62,498 bases of DNA, taken from positions 1 through 62,498 of the IMG/VR virus record IMGVR_UViG_3300036846_000351; one strand, written 5' to 3'. Made by a program: the position numbers and the translations under genes. The notes under the pieces were generated by a model, which did no database searches, was not told the origin of the DNA, and saw only the letters and a program-made list of their open reading frames with translations. This document shows, one piece after another, positions 28,919 through 38,160 of the stretch; position 1 is the first letter of the stretch; each line of letters opens with the position of its first letter. This stretch comes from a virus. Taxonomy: Duplodnaviria > Caudoviricetes.

Positions 28919-29763
28919 CAGTGCCGCCGTCCTAAAGCAAAGTATGGGTAGTACCAGGACGCGCCGTCGGTAATGAACTGCGACTGAACGTGCGCCCTCG
29001 CCTGAATGACCCCGTGGCGAAACTCTAGCGCTTTAAGCCTGCCCATCTGCGGATCGGTGTAGGGCTTACCCGGCTGCAAAAAAAGCCGCGACAGCGTGCC
29101 GGCAACAAAAGCGTCGTACCACATCGCCCAGATGTCATCGTCAAAAGGCGCGTCGACACAATCAGGACGAAGGGACAGCAGAACCTCACCGGTGCGGGTA
29201 TTATCTGGGATCGGCCATGTCAGGTCGCGCAACCGTCCCGGAGGCTCGAATTTGGGCTTATTCAGTCCACCCGAAAAGCCAAGGAACCGCGACACGCGCC
29301 AGTGCGCATCCCACGGGTCAAAACTAAGGGTGACAACCCCAGGGTCCATCCGCCAGTAAACGTGCTCGCGGCGGTAGGTAGAGTCGACAAAAAACTTATG
29401 GATCGTCCGCCACGCTTCGAGCTGAACAACATCCGTGGTCACCCCAGGCAATTGCAACTGCACCTCATCGTAGAGCGCGTCCAAACCCGTCTTACAGACA
29501 AAGGGCTCGCATTCCGGTGTAACGATGACCGGCAAGATAGGATCGCCGCTATTGCGGCCTGGACGACCAGGCGTGCCCGGCGGTCCCTGCGGCCCAACAC
29601 CAGGGCCGGGCGCACCGGGCTGGTTGACCGCCGCGACCCATTGATACGAGCCGCTGGGGTCCGGTCCGAACCACAGATAGAGTTGACCTCCGACACTATC
29701 CCACCAACCGTCGCCGACGGCGGGAGCAGGTGGAGGAGTATCGCCGACGCTGATCGTACTCAC
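28918..29763 (-). CDS. Head-tail adaptor/tail tubular A-like protein with an N-terminal extension
   Basis: LYDEVQLQLPG...FFVDSTYRRE...GTLSRLFLQPGKPYTDP; position after the capsid gene. Confidence 0.6.
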   Translation of the reverse strand: MSTISVGDTPPPAPAVGDGWWDSVGGQLYLWFGPDPSGSYQWVAAVNQPGAPGPGVGPQGPPGTPGRPGRNSGDPILPVIVTPECEPFVCKTGLDALYDEVQLQLPGVTTDVVQLEAWRTIHKFFVDSTYRREHVYWRMDPGVVTLSFDPWDAHWRVSRFLGFSGGLNKPKFEPPGRLRDLTWPIPDNTRTGEVLLSLRPDCVDAPFDDDIWAMWYDAFVAGTLSRLFLQPGKPYTDPQMGRLKALEFRHGVIQARAHVQSQFITDGASWYYPYFALGRRH

Positions 29764-29767
29764 GGCG

Positions 29768-30145
29768 CTAACCCGAATGCTTTAACAACATTGAGGTGAA
29801 TTTTGACATCAATGCTACCGCCCGCCCGTCCTCGCTAAACGTGTCCTCGGTCAGCTCCGACCGGCCCACGACATAGAACAGCAGCGGCGAATAGAACTGA
29901 TCGTCGAACGAGAATACCAAGTCTTGGTCACGCGGATACGCATAGATAGGCACCGTCTTGCGCAGCCCATAGCGCAGAAACGCGTCAGGCCGCTTGGCGC
30001 GGATTTGCAGCACGCCCTCATTGAGCGCCGCCACGAGGTCACCATCGGGGAACCTCGGCACCCCGTTGTTGATCGGCACCTCGTCGTTCAGCAGTTGCCG
30101 TGCTTCGGTGATCAACTGGCCGACCGTGCGGCTCGCTAGCGTCAT
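29768..30145 (-). CDS. Head-tail adaptor-like protein
   Basis: LITEARQLLND...LVAALNEG..QI...RPDA; directly after the capsid gene. Confidence 0.65.
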   Translation of the reverse strand: MTLASRTVGQLITEARQLLNDEVPINNGVPRFPDGDLVAALNEGVLQIRAKRPDAFLRYGLRKTVPIYAYPRDQDLVFSFDDQFYSPLLFYVVGRSELTEDTFSEDGRAVALMSKFTSMLLKHSG

Positions 30146-30198
30146 CTACACCTCCGAAAAGGGAAGGGGGTCACCCCCCTCCCACTACCGGTAGTGGC

Positions 30199-31152
30199 TT
30201 ACGACGGAGCGGCGTACAACTCAACGAGCGCGGTGCCGTCCAAGACCTTAAAGCCGTAAACCTGCAACCCGCGCAGCAGTGTGCCAAAGGTCGACTCCGA
30301 CCGCAGCGTTTCCATCTGGCTGATCTGCGAGGCGAAGGTGAGCCCCGCACTGATCCCACCAAAAATCCGCGTTACGGTGTGGGTGGTGTCGGTCGCCGTC
30401 GGCAACAGGTTCGAGCTGTAGAGCGTGAACCGGTCGATCATACCGAGACGCCCATTCCGCGCCAGCGAGATGCCATCACCGGAGATCGAGGCGTCACGCA
30501 GGTCCGACTTCTTGATAAGCGAACCCAGCCACGGCGGGATAACTAGCCACCGCCCAGTCTCGGGCATATTCTGCTCATCCAGCACCTGACCCATATCAAC
30601 GATGTGGTCGATGATATCGGCCTTAGTCGGGACAATAGGCGCGCCGGTCGCGCCCAGGTTAATGTTGGCGCTCTTGATCCCCGCCGTCGCACCCTTGTTT
30701 GCCGCAACGATCCCCGTATCGATACCTGCCAGAACGCCGGTGTCGATGGTGATCTTAAGCTGCTCCGACGCATCGTCCGCCCACATCGACATGAGGTTCA
30801 TGTCGCTCTGGCGCTCCATAATGTCGTCGAGGACCAGGTTGAAGTATTTGGCGAAGTCGATGGTCAGCTCGACCGCTGTCGAGGACGGACGATCAACAGT
30901 CAACGTCTGGTCGAGGGTGTAATCGCGGATCGTGATCGTGGGCTTGGTGCGGATTTTCACCTTATCGCCCATGTTCTTGATCTCGCCCTCGTAATCGGTG
31001 TTGCTGATCGCAGTCAGCACCGTCGCGGCGTAGAACTTCTCGATGAGCTTGCCACTCCAAATTTCGGGGATAAACACGCCACCGGCGGGTGCCCCCGAAT
31101 AAGCAGGATTGGCAGCGACGCCCAGATAGGGCGTACCCTGCGCAATAGCCAT
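30199..31152 (-). CDS. Major capsid protein
   Basis: FIPEIWSGKL..KFY...ISNTDYEGEI...GD.VKI...LRGLQVYG; GGAGG RBS. Confidence 0.92.
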   Translation of the reverse strand: MAIAQGTPYLGVAANPAYSGAPAGGVFIPEIWSGKLIEKFYAATVLTAISNTDYEGEIKNMGDKVKIRTKPTITIRDYTLDQTLTVDRPSSTAVELTIDFAKYFNLVLDDIMERQSDMNLMSMWADDASEQLKITIDTGVLAGIDTGIVAANKGATAGIKSANINLGATGAPIVPTKADIIDHIVDMGQVLDEQNMPETGRWLVIPPWLGSLIKKSDLRDASISGDGISLARNGRLGMIDRFTLYSSNLLPTATDTTHTVTRIFGGISAGLTFASQISQMETLRSESTFGTLLRGLQVYGFKVLDGTALVELYAAPS

Positions 31153-31161
31153 TTAGTCCTC

Positions 31162-32238
31162 CTACTGGATGCGCCCCTCCTGCGCCGCCTGGAGGATGTC
31201 CCTTTCGAGTGCGTCGCCCTCGGCTTCGCGCCCCCGGTATCTCCCATCCGTGCGGTCCCGGTAGAAGCGTGTGATTTCGGGTCGTGACCAGATACGCGGT
31301 TGTGGAGCGCCGTCTGATCCGCCGGAGCCGCCTGCGGCTCGGCCCGGAACCACCAAGTCCTCTAGCCGGGTCCCCGCTGAAGCGTAGTGTCCGTTTCCGC
31401 TACCATTCGGGCGGACACCATTGCCAGTCTGAGGCTGTGCTGGTGGAGGTGGAGGTACGGTGTGCTCAGCCATGTACTTCCTGAAGAACCTACCCGTGCG
31501 CATGGCGTCGCCGTTGGCGTAGGCGTGCTGAAGCATCGTGTTACGCGACACTCCAGAATACTCGTCGACACCCTGAAGCCAGCGGATGAACTCGGGGTCA
31601 GTGTTGACACCGCGCCAACCTGCCAGCTCAGGGTCCTTATCAAGCGCGTCAAAGACGCGATCCTGAATGTTCTGATTGCTAAGGTTCTGCTGTCCCCCTT
31701 CAAGCCTCGCGATCTTGCCGTTTAGCTCGGCGATGATCGGCTCATAACGTGCGGACGCGGCCCGCGCCGCCGCCTGAAGAAAATCCTCACCGTAGAGGTC
31801 GATGTCGCCCTGCTCGAACGTCATCGGCCCCGGCGGCGCTGGCGGGGCGGCAGCCGGCGCTGCCGGCGGCGCCTGCATCGTCGCCAGGAGGCGCTCCATG
31901 CCCTGGACCTGCGCCCGTAACCCGGCGGTCTCGCTGTCGTACTTACCCTGAAGCGTGCGGTAACGCTGCTCCCAATTATCGGCGGAAGCATGCGGCGGCG
32001 TTGGTGGTGCCGCCGAGGGCTCGGCTGCGGCAGCGGGCGGGGGAACGGGAGGTGGTGTTCCCCTACCGACTACCGTAGTGTCACCGCCCTCCGGCGGCAC
32101 CACCTCCGTCGACGGCGGAGCCTCGTCCCCACGATCGCCACGCCCTGCCGCCAATTCACGCTGCAATTCCTCGGCGCGCTCGGCCTGGCGGCGCACCTGC
32201 TCGGGAATGACAACGCTGGTGTCGATAGCGTCAGCCAT
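31162..32238 (-). CDS. Scaffolding protein
   Basis: WEQRYRTLQGKY coiled coil, C-terminal AAQEGRI; directly upstream of the capsid gene. Confidence 0.8.
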   Translation of the reverse strand: MADAIDTSVVIPEQVRRQAERAEELQRELAAGRGDRGDEAPPSTEVVPPEGGDTTVVGRGTPPPVPPPAAAAEPSAAPPTPPHASADNWEQRYRTLQGKYDSETAGLRAQVQGMERLLATMQAPPAAPAAAPPAPPGPMTFEQGDIDLYGEDFLQAAARAASARYEPIIAELNGKIARLEGGQQNLSNQNIQDRVFDALDKDPELAGWRGVNTDPEFIRWLQGVDEYSGVSRNTMLQHAYANGDAMRTGRFFRKYMAEHTVPPPPPAQPQTGNGVRPNGSGNGHYASAGTRLEDLVVPGRAAGGSGGSDGAPQPRIWSRPEITRFYRDRTDGRYRGREAEGDALERDILQAAQEGRIQ

Positions 32239-32497
32239 TGTGCTGTGCCTTCACATGCGTTTTTGGCACACGATTGCCGGGCAACGGGTTCTCGATCATC
32301 TCGATGTACGACCGCAGGTCGCGCAGCGCCCGCGCGTAACCAGTCGCGTCGACCCGCCCGTTACCCGCCTCGATATCGAGCGCCTTGTGCATAAAAACCG
32401 ACATCTGCTCGTCGAGCGCAGTGACGAACTGCCGCCAATCCGAGTTACCCCGCAGATTGGTGATCGCCTCAAACGCCGCTGAGCCGAGATTAACCAC
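32231..32497 (-). CDS. Small head-associated protein
   Basis: Position between portal and scaffold; GYARALRDL motif. Confidence 0.6.
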   Translation of the reverse strand: MVNLGSAAFEAITNLRGNSDWRQFVTALDEQMSVFMHKALDIEAGNGRVDATGYARALRDLRSYIEMIENPLPGNRVPKTHVKAQHNG

Positions 32498-32883
32498 TAG
32501 AGCAGCCCTCCTCCGACCAACCCACCAAAACCACCGCCCGGCTTGCCCTTCTTGCCGTAGTGATTGACCGAGTGAGCGCCCTGGTCGCCGCCGGTAATCT
32601 GCGACAGACCGGCGCCCCGGCGCCCAACGACGCTGCCCATGTCCTGGCGCTTGAGCGACTTGGGCGGTCCCGCAGCCTCGGGGTCCTTCATCGGGCCAAA
32701 CATCGGCCCCATGCCGCTAGGACCGTCATTGTCGGTCGACTGAAGATAGGTCGGCGCTTGCTTGGGCTCGGACGCGTGCGACGGCGCAGTGCCGTAATCA
32801 GTCGTTGAAAGCGGCTTCGGCCTCGCTACCGGTGGCACTAACGGTGGCGATACGAATGGCTTCTTGTCGTATCCGCGTGCCAT
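32497..32883 (-). CDS. Hypothetical Gly/Pro-rich protein
   Basis: Start/stop coupling with its neighbours. Confidence 0.6.
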   Translation of the reverse strand: MARGYDKKPFVSPPLVPPVARPKPLSTTDYGTAPSHASEPKQAPTYLQSTDNDGPSGMGPMFGPMKDPEAAGPPKSLKRQDMGSVVGRRGAGLSQITGGDQGAHSVNHYGKKGKPGGGFGGLVGGGLL

Positions 32884-33128
32884 TAGTCGACTCCACCGAC
32901 GTAAATGTCGGTCGCCGGGACATTCCGGGGGTTGAACGGCGCATCCTGGGTATCGCTCGGCTTCGAGCCACCCTTGGGGTAAGAGCGCGAGCTGCCGGTC
33001 GGACCCGACCCGCTGTTCGAGCGGTCCTCGGCGCTGTCATAACCTGCGCCACCCCCGCTGCCGGACCCGCCCTTGGTCATTTCCAAGTTCTTGGTGGAGA
33101 GCTGCTTGCTTTGTCCAAGTGCCGCCAT
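32883..33128 (-). CDS. Hypothetical Gly/Ser-rich protein
   Basis: AGGAGG RBS; coupled stop. Confidence 0.65.
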   Translation of the reverse strand: MAALGQSKQLSTKNLEMTKGGSGSGGGAGYDSAEDRSNSGSGPTGSSRSYPKGGSKPSDTQDAPFNPRNVPATDIYVGGVD

Positions 33129-33151
33129 AATATGAACCTCCTATTTTAAGC

Positions 33152-35332
33152 CTAAGCGGCTTGCGGTTGAACCGTGTTGACCGGCGGCGCCACCTGCGAC
33201 AGCGACGGTCCCGGAAGGTTAGGTGGTGTGCCACCAGGCGGGCCTATAGCGCCCGTAGGAGCCCCGCCAGGTGGTGGAGCCCCCGGCGGGGCTCCACCAC
33301 CCTGCCCGGCCTTTGCCAGCCCCGCCAGCGCCTGCATCTGCGTCGCAGCGGCGGCTTGCTGCTCCATCTGTGTCTGCTTTTGCTCTAACTGATCGTCGCT
33401 CGGCACGATGTCGTCGGGCATGCCCAGCGCCTTTGCCAGCGAGCGCAACACCCGGCCCCGCCCCACAAGCCCGACGATCTGCATGTCGATCGGGTTGCCG
33501 GTGATCTGGAGGAACTGGAGCTGCTTCTGCTGCTCGGTCTCTTTTTGCAGCGCTACGACAACCCCATTGACCTTGATCTGCTCGTCGCCCGACAGCAGCC
33601 CCGATTGGTCAGTCAGCATGATCATGTCGTAGAGCGAGCTGAGGATGCCGCGCATGACATCGATATCGACATTCGCGGCGACGGTCTGGAGAACCTTCTG
33701 AGCGTTGCCCATCAGCATCGATAGGCCGGACGCGGTACGCCCCGCCCCGCCTGATAAACTCTCACCCGTCACGTAGCGCGGGATCGCCGAGGTGTCGTCG
33801 CCCAGCGATGACATCCCCTGGTAGATCGTCATCAGCTCCTGGGCGTTGGACGCCGGCTGGAAGAAACTCACCGGCGCCTGGGTCGAGCCCAGCGGATCGG
33901 AGTTGACCTTCCACCGCTTCCACGGGTAGAGCTGATCCTCGTTGACCGTCGGATCAAGTAATTCTGTGTTGATAACGACCTGCGGACCGCTAGCAATGCT
34001 CATGTTGTTCACAAGAGCGCGCAGCGTTGCATTGGCGACTTCTTGAACGTCTTCAAGAATATCGGGCAGACCGTGCCCCGCTATTGTACCGGGGACTTTC
34101 TCAAATGACGTAACGTAGTAGGGATGCCGCTTACGCGGGCTGGGGCTGATCTGCGTCTTGATCGTATAGCGCCCAACAACCCAGGACTGGATCAGGTAAT
34201 CCCGGTCGGGGTCGGACACCTGCTGCGTGCTCACGCCCTCGTTTAGCAAGGTGCGGCCCTGAATATTGCCGTGATACTCGATCGCATCGATCAGATTGGA
34301 ACGGTTCTGCTGCGGCGCCTCGCGCCCGGCGTTGAGCGCCGTCTCGGTATCCGGCGCGTCCATCCAATCACGCAGTCCGTTACCGTAATCCTCCAACACG
34401 CCGCGAATAGCCGCGTCGTTGTAGCCTGGTAGTCCCAGCACATCATTAAGATCAGAGCGGGTTAATTTCTTACGCTCGATCAGCTCGGCGTGCTCGATGC
34501 TAGTCGCGCCAGGGTCCCAATACAGATTAAATGGGTCTACCCGTTCCCAAAATAGTTGCGGAACGGTCTGCATAATGGGGGTGCGCCCCTGCCAGGTCAG
34601 CTTGGGCACCATCCGCACAACCGGACCTTTGATGATCGCGAACGGGAATAGCGCCAGGTCGACAAGAAACTCGGCGAGCGCGTCGTAAAAATTCCCCGCT
34701 TCGAGGATGTCCTCGACCTTGTTCCCCGCCGCGTCGGCTTGGCTCTGCGCCGTGCGCCGCGCCGCCTGTTGCGCCTGGCGCACCAGGCCAACGTAACGCG
34801 CATGCGTGTCCTCGCCGCTGAGCTGCTGCCCGGCCATGTGCATCTGCCCGGCCTCGGTGGCGATGAGCTGAGTAATCGTCGCCATGATCTCCGGCGGCAC
34901 CGGCGGGTCCGGCTGCGGGTCGATCGTCCACGGGCGATCGGCGCCGAGATACACATCCCTGAGTAAGGATGTCGCGCCCCGGCACTTCACCGCGACGATG
35001 CGGGCATAGACTTCCGACCCGCCAAATTTCCTAATCTCGGCCAGCTTTGACGGATCGTACTGTCCCTCGAACATGCGCTGCGCGCGGAGCAAGCGCTCGT
35101 TTAGCGGGTTCCGGTTCGAGTTGCGGTGGTTGCGCATCGCATCCCACCGACCCCGGATGTAGTGCCCCAGATCGGCGGGCTGCACCGGACGATTGGCCTG
35201 GCTGAGCTGGGCAAGCCGCTGCTGTTCCTGCAAGTCCAGTTGGGCTGGACTTACAACACGCAAAAACCCCGGCCCCATCTCGCGTGCAGGCGGGATGTTG
35301 GTAGGTCCCGGTATCGGCAGCGCGTAGGGCAA
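33152..35332 (-). CDS. Portal protein
   Basis: 726 aa; DPFNLYWDP, GHGLPDILEDVQ..AN...R..VNN..IASGPQ, RTASGLSMLM motifs. Confidence 0.9.
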   Translation of the reverse strand: MPYALPIPGPTNIPPAREMGPGFLRVVSPAQLDLQEQQRLAQLSQANRPVQPADLGHYIRGRWDAMRNHRNSNRNPLNERLLRAQRMFEGQYDPSKLAEIRKFGGSEVYARIVAVKCRGATSLLRDVYLGADRPWTIDPQPDPPVPPEIMATITQLIATEAGQMHMAGQQLSGEDTHARYVGLVRQAQQAARRTAQSQADAAGNKVEDILEAGNFYDALAEFLVDLALFPFAIIKGPVVRMVPKLTWQGRTPIMQTVPQLFWERVDPFNLYWDPGATSIEHAELIERKKLTRSDLNDVLGLPGYNDAAIRGVLEDYGNGLRDWMDAPDTETALNAGREAPQQNRSNLIDAIEYHGNIQGRTLLNEGVSTQQVSDPDRDYLIQSWVVGRYTIKTQISPSPRKRHPYYVTSFEKVPGTIAGHGLPDILEDVQEVANATLRALVNNMSIASGPQVVINTELLDPTVNEDQLYPWKRWKVNSDPLGSTQAPVSFFQPASNAQELMTIYQGMSSLGDDTSAIPRYVTGESLSGGAGRTASGLSMLMGNAQKVLQTVAANVDIDVMRGILSSLYDMIMLTDQSGLLSGDEQIKVNGVVVALQKETEQQKQLQFLQITGNPIDMQIVGLVGRGRVLRSLAKALGMPDDIVPSDDQLEQKQTQMEQQAAAATQMQALAGLAKAGQGGGAPPGAPPPGGAPTGAIGPPGGTPPNLPGPSLSQVAPPVNTVQPQAA

Positions 35333-35340
35333 AACTGCGC

Positions 35341-35391
35341 CCTTATAATATGAAGGTCATAGTGTTATACCATCAAATTTGGCGAGTGCAA
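35341..35391 (-). promoter_or_regulatory. Candidate promoter and operator for the virion operon
   Basis: Minus strand TTGCAC-N16-TATAAC with TGn; CCTTATAATATGAAG at 35341-35355. Confidence 0.55.
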
Positions 35392-35410
35392 TAGTACGTG
35401 AGCATTTCGG

Positions 35411-36007
35411 ATGGATGCCCTCGACAGCCTGGTCAGCGAGCCCCTTGACTTGGTGCTCGCTGATAATCCCCAGCTCGATGATGCCTTAATCCTTCGGATG
35501 ACTTACGATCTCGCGACCGGCATGCACAACGGCGAGGTCATCGCAAGACGCTACGGTCTCGCCGACGCGGATCAACTTAAAGATTACCTGCGCCAACACC
35601 CCAACGTTGTGCATGAAGCGAAGCGGTTACGCTCGTTATTTCAGAGCGACGAAGCGACCGAGGGGCGCATCCGTGCCAAATTTCTCCGCGCGACCGAGCA
35701 GCTCATCATCCCAATCGCGGCGCTCGTCGCCGATCCGCGCACCCCGATCAACAGCCGGATCGACGGGTTTAAGCAAATCCAACGCGGCGCCGGGGTCGAT
35801 GGCGTCGCCGCCGGGGCGAAGGACCAGGGGCGTAGCGGCGCCGCGTTCAGCCTGACGATCAACTTCGCCGGAGGCCGCGAGAGCGCCGATCGGCGCGCCG
35901 AGGAGATCACCGGCACTACCGTAGTGGACGCTGGTGATATCCCAGGTCCTGACCATCAGCTCCGTCTTACCGCCGACGACACCGACATCCCCGAGGAGGA
36001 CGTGTGA
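35411..36007 (+). CDS. Probable terminase small subunit
   Basis: N-terminal HTH-like region, C-terminal FSLTINF strand; upstream of TerL. Confidence 0.6.
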   Translation: MDALDSLVSEPLDLVLADNPQLDDALILRMTYDLATGMHNGEVIARRYGLADADQLKDYLRQHPNVVHEAKRLRSLFQSDEATEGRIRAKFLRATEQLIIPIAALVADPRTPINSRIDGFKQIQRGAGVDGVAAGAKDQGRSGAAFSLTINFAGGRESADRRAEEITGTTVVDAGDIPGPDHQLRLTADDTDIPEEDV

Positions 36008-36165
36008 TGGTCATCGAAATTTTATTGGTGGTGGATTTATTCCTTTGGTTCCTCACCCTGCTGCCGGTGCCACCAGCGACGCAATTTAGCTGGGCGTCGA
36101 GCTGGTTTGCGTGGATCGCCGCGCTGTTGCTCGCGCTGTTCCTGTTCATCCCCGGTATGCGCTGA
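36007..36165 (+). CDS. 52-aa protein with two membrane helices (holin candidate; not in the ORF track)
   Basis: GAGGA RBS; MVIEILLVVDLFLWFLTLLP...WFAWIAALLLALFLFIPGMR. Confidence 0.65.
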   Translation: MVIEILLVVDLFLWFLTLLPVPPATQFSWASSWFAWIAALLLALFLFIPGMR

Positions 36166-36176
36166 AGGAGGCTGTC

Positions 36177-36380
36177 ATGGCAGGACGGATTTATTGGGAG
36201 AAGCTGCGCCCACTCGTGCCGGCAAACGCGACCACCGTCAACAACGCACTCGCCGCCGATCCGACACTCTCGATGTACGCCAAGCTCTACTACCGCCGGC
36301 GCTATGCCAACGCACGGGCGTCGATGGGGTTTGGCCCAAGCCCATTCGAGGAAGATGAGGATACGCAGCCAGCCCCATGA
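36177..36380 (+). CDS. Hypothetical protein
   Basis: AAGGAGG RBS; ATGA overlap with TerL. Confidence 0.65.
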   Translation: MAGRIYWEKLRPLVPANATTVNNALAADPTLSMYAKLYYRRRYANARASMGFGPSPFEEDEDTQPAP

Positions 36381-37786
36381 TCTATACGCCTCCGCCAACG
36401 GTACAGGACTTCATGCTCGACGAGCTGCACCGGATACGGGTGCTGGTCGGACCCTTGGGCAGCGGCAAGACGATGGGCTGCATCATGGAGCTGCTGCGCT
36501 GGGCATGTGAGCAGTGGCCGCATAACGGCACCCGCTACACCCGCTTCGCGCTGATCCGCAACACGCTCCAGCAGCTCCGTCAGACAGTGCTGTCGGACGC
36601 CGTGCAGTATCTCGGCGAGTGCGTACATTACTACGTCACCGACAGCACCTTGCAGGTCAGGTTGAACCTGCCTGACGGTTCTTCAGTACACTCCGACTGG
36701 ATGCTGGTGCCGCTCGACAGCAAGGAGGACGTGCGTCGGCTGCTGTCGATGCAGCTCACCGGTGCCTATGTCAACGAGCTGCGCGAGGTGCCATTTGAGA
36801 TCATCCGGCCTTTACTAGGCCGCTGCGGGCGGTATCCCTCCAAGGCGCTGGGCGGCGCCCGGCGACGCGGGATCATCGCCGATACCAACCCGTGGGACAC
36901 AGACAGTCTTTACCATGATCGAATGGTGCTTAATCCTCACCCCTCATGGGCTCTTTATCATCAACCTAGTGGTATTGGCCCGGATGCTGAGAACGTAGAG
37001 AACCTCCCCGAGGGCTACTACGACGAGCTGATGAGCGACAAGGACATCGAGTGGGCGAGTGTCCATGTCGAGTCGCAGTGGGGTTCATCACTCGCCGGCC
37101 AGGCGGTGTTCCGCAAGACTTTCAACCCCGACTACCACGTCAAGGATATGAGCGTGACGGTCAATCCCAACCGGCCCCTGATGGTCGGTCTGGATTTTGG
37201 CCGCACCCCCTGCGCGGTGATCGGGCAGCACGACAATTTTGGTCGGGCGATCATCATGAAGGAGATCGTCACCGAAGGCATGGGCCTCGTACAGATGCTT
37301 CAGGAGCACCTAAAGCCAGTGCTGTTCCAGCCGCCCTTTGCCGGCAAGCGGGTGTTTGTTGTTGGTGACCCTGCCGGAAGGCAGAGGTCACAAACCCGCG
37401 AGGAAACGCCGTTTGATGTTCTCAGAGATGAGGGTTTTCTGGCGTACCCCGCGAGTACGAATGTCATTGATATGAGGTTACTCGCGGTCGAAAAGATGCT
37501 GCGGCAGACCGCGATGGGTCAGCCGGCGATGCAGATCAGTCGCAGCGGCTGCCCGATCCTGATCAGCTCGCTAGGCAACAAGTACCGCTACCGCCGCCGG
37601 CGCGACGGTGTACTCGACGACGTGCCTGAGAAACTCCACCCCTGGTCGGACATCTGCGACGCGCTCCAGTATTTTTGCCTGGGCACCCAGAGCAACTACA
37701 CCGGGCGGGTGATGCAGCGCGAGCGACGCTACTTCCAACCCGATTTTGCACCCGCGCAGGCGCCTAGCGCGGCGGGCTGGACATGA
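36377..37786 (+). CDS. Terminase large subunit
   Basis: Walker A GPLGSGKT, AYVNE, nuclease GLDFG, DPAG, DICDALQY. Confidence 0.93.
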   Translation: MIYTPPPTVQDFMLDELHRIRVLVGPLGSGKTMGCIMELLRWACEQWPHNGTRYTRFALIRNTLQQLRQTVLSDAVQYLGECVHYYVTDSTLQVRLNLPDGSSVHSDWMLVPLDSKEDVRRLLSMQLTGAYVNELREVPFEIIRPLLGRCGRYPSKALGGARRRGIIADTNPWDTDSLYHDRMVLNPHPSWALYHQPSGIGPDAENVENLPEGYYDELMSDKDIEWASVHVESQWGSSLAGQAVFRKTFNPDYHVKDMSVTVNPNRPLMVGLDFGRTPCAVIGQHDNFGRAIIMKEIVTEGMGLVQMLQEHLKPVLFQPPFAGKRVFVVGDPAGRQRSQTREETPFDVLRDEGFLAYPASTNVIDMRLLAVEKMLRQTAMGQPAMQISRSGCPILISSLGNKYRYRRRRDGVLDDVPEKLHPWSDICDALQYFCLGTQSNYTGRVMQRERRYFQPDFAPAQAPSAAGWT

Positions 37787-37893
37787 CCTGGCTGGTGCTG
37801 ATGTTCGTCGGCGTCCCAATCGTCATGCTGATCGGCTGGGCGCTGGAAAAGCCACCACCTCGTGACCCGGAGTTTGACGATGACTGGCCCTAA
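37783..37893 (+). CDS. 36-aa single-helix membrane peptide (not in the ORF track)
   Basis: ATGA overlap with TerL; MTWLVLMFVGVPIVMLIGWALEKPPPRDPEFDDDWP. Confidence 0.45.
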   Translation: MTWLVLMFVGVPIVMLIGWALEKPPPRDPEFDDDWP

Positions 37894-38143
37894 TCTGGAA
37901 GTGGTGAAACTCGATAAGCCAACCACCTCCGACGAGATCATTGCCGGGCTAGAGCGACTGATCGCGCGCCTGCGAGAGGGCGAGTTTGAGACCGTGCTGG
38001 TGTGTGCCTTCACCCCCGGCGGTCAGTGGCTGAGCCAGGAGCTGGGGCGCCACCACAGCCGGCTGGAGATGGTCGGCGTCCTCGAAATTCTCAAGTCGGA
38101 TGTGATCGAGGCCACCTCGACCGGCGAGCGTGCCGGAATTTAA
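37880..38143 (+). CDS. Hypothetical protein
   Basis: GGAG RBS; compact globular sequence. Confidence 0.65.
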   Translation: MTGPNLEVVKLDKPTTSDEIIAGLERLIARLREGEFETVLVCAFTPGGQWLSQELGRHHSRLEMVGVLEILKSDVIEATSTGERAGI

Positions 38144-38160
38144 GGAAGGGGGAACTTACC

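Noticed and set aside
6378-35353. Many plus-strand and off-frame ORFs over the virion operon (for example 6724..7512, 14730..15545, 30604..31287)
   Set aside because: Shadow ORFs expected in GC-rich DNA; no motifs or RBS
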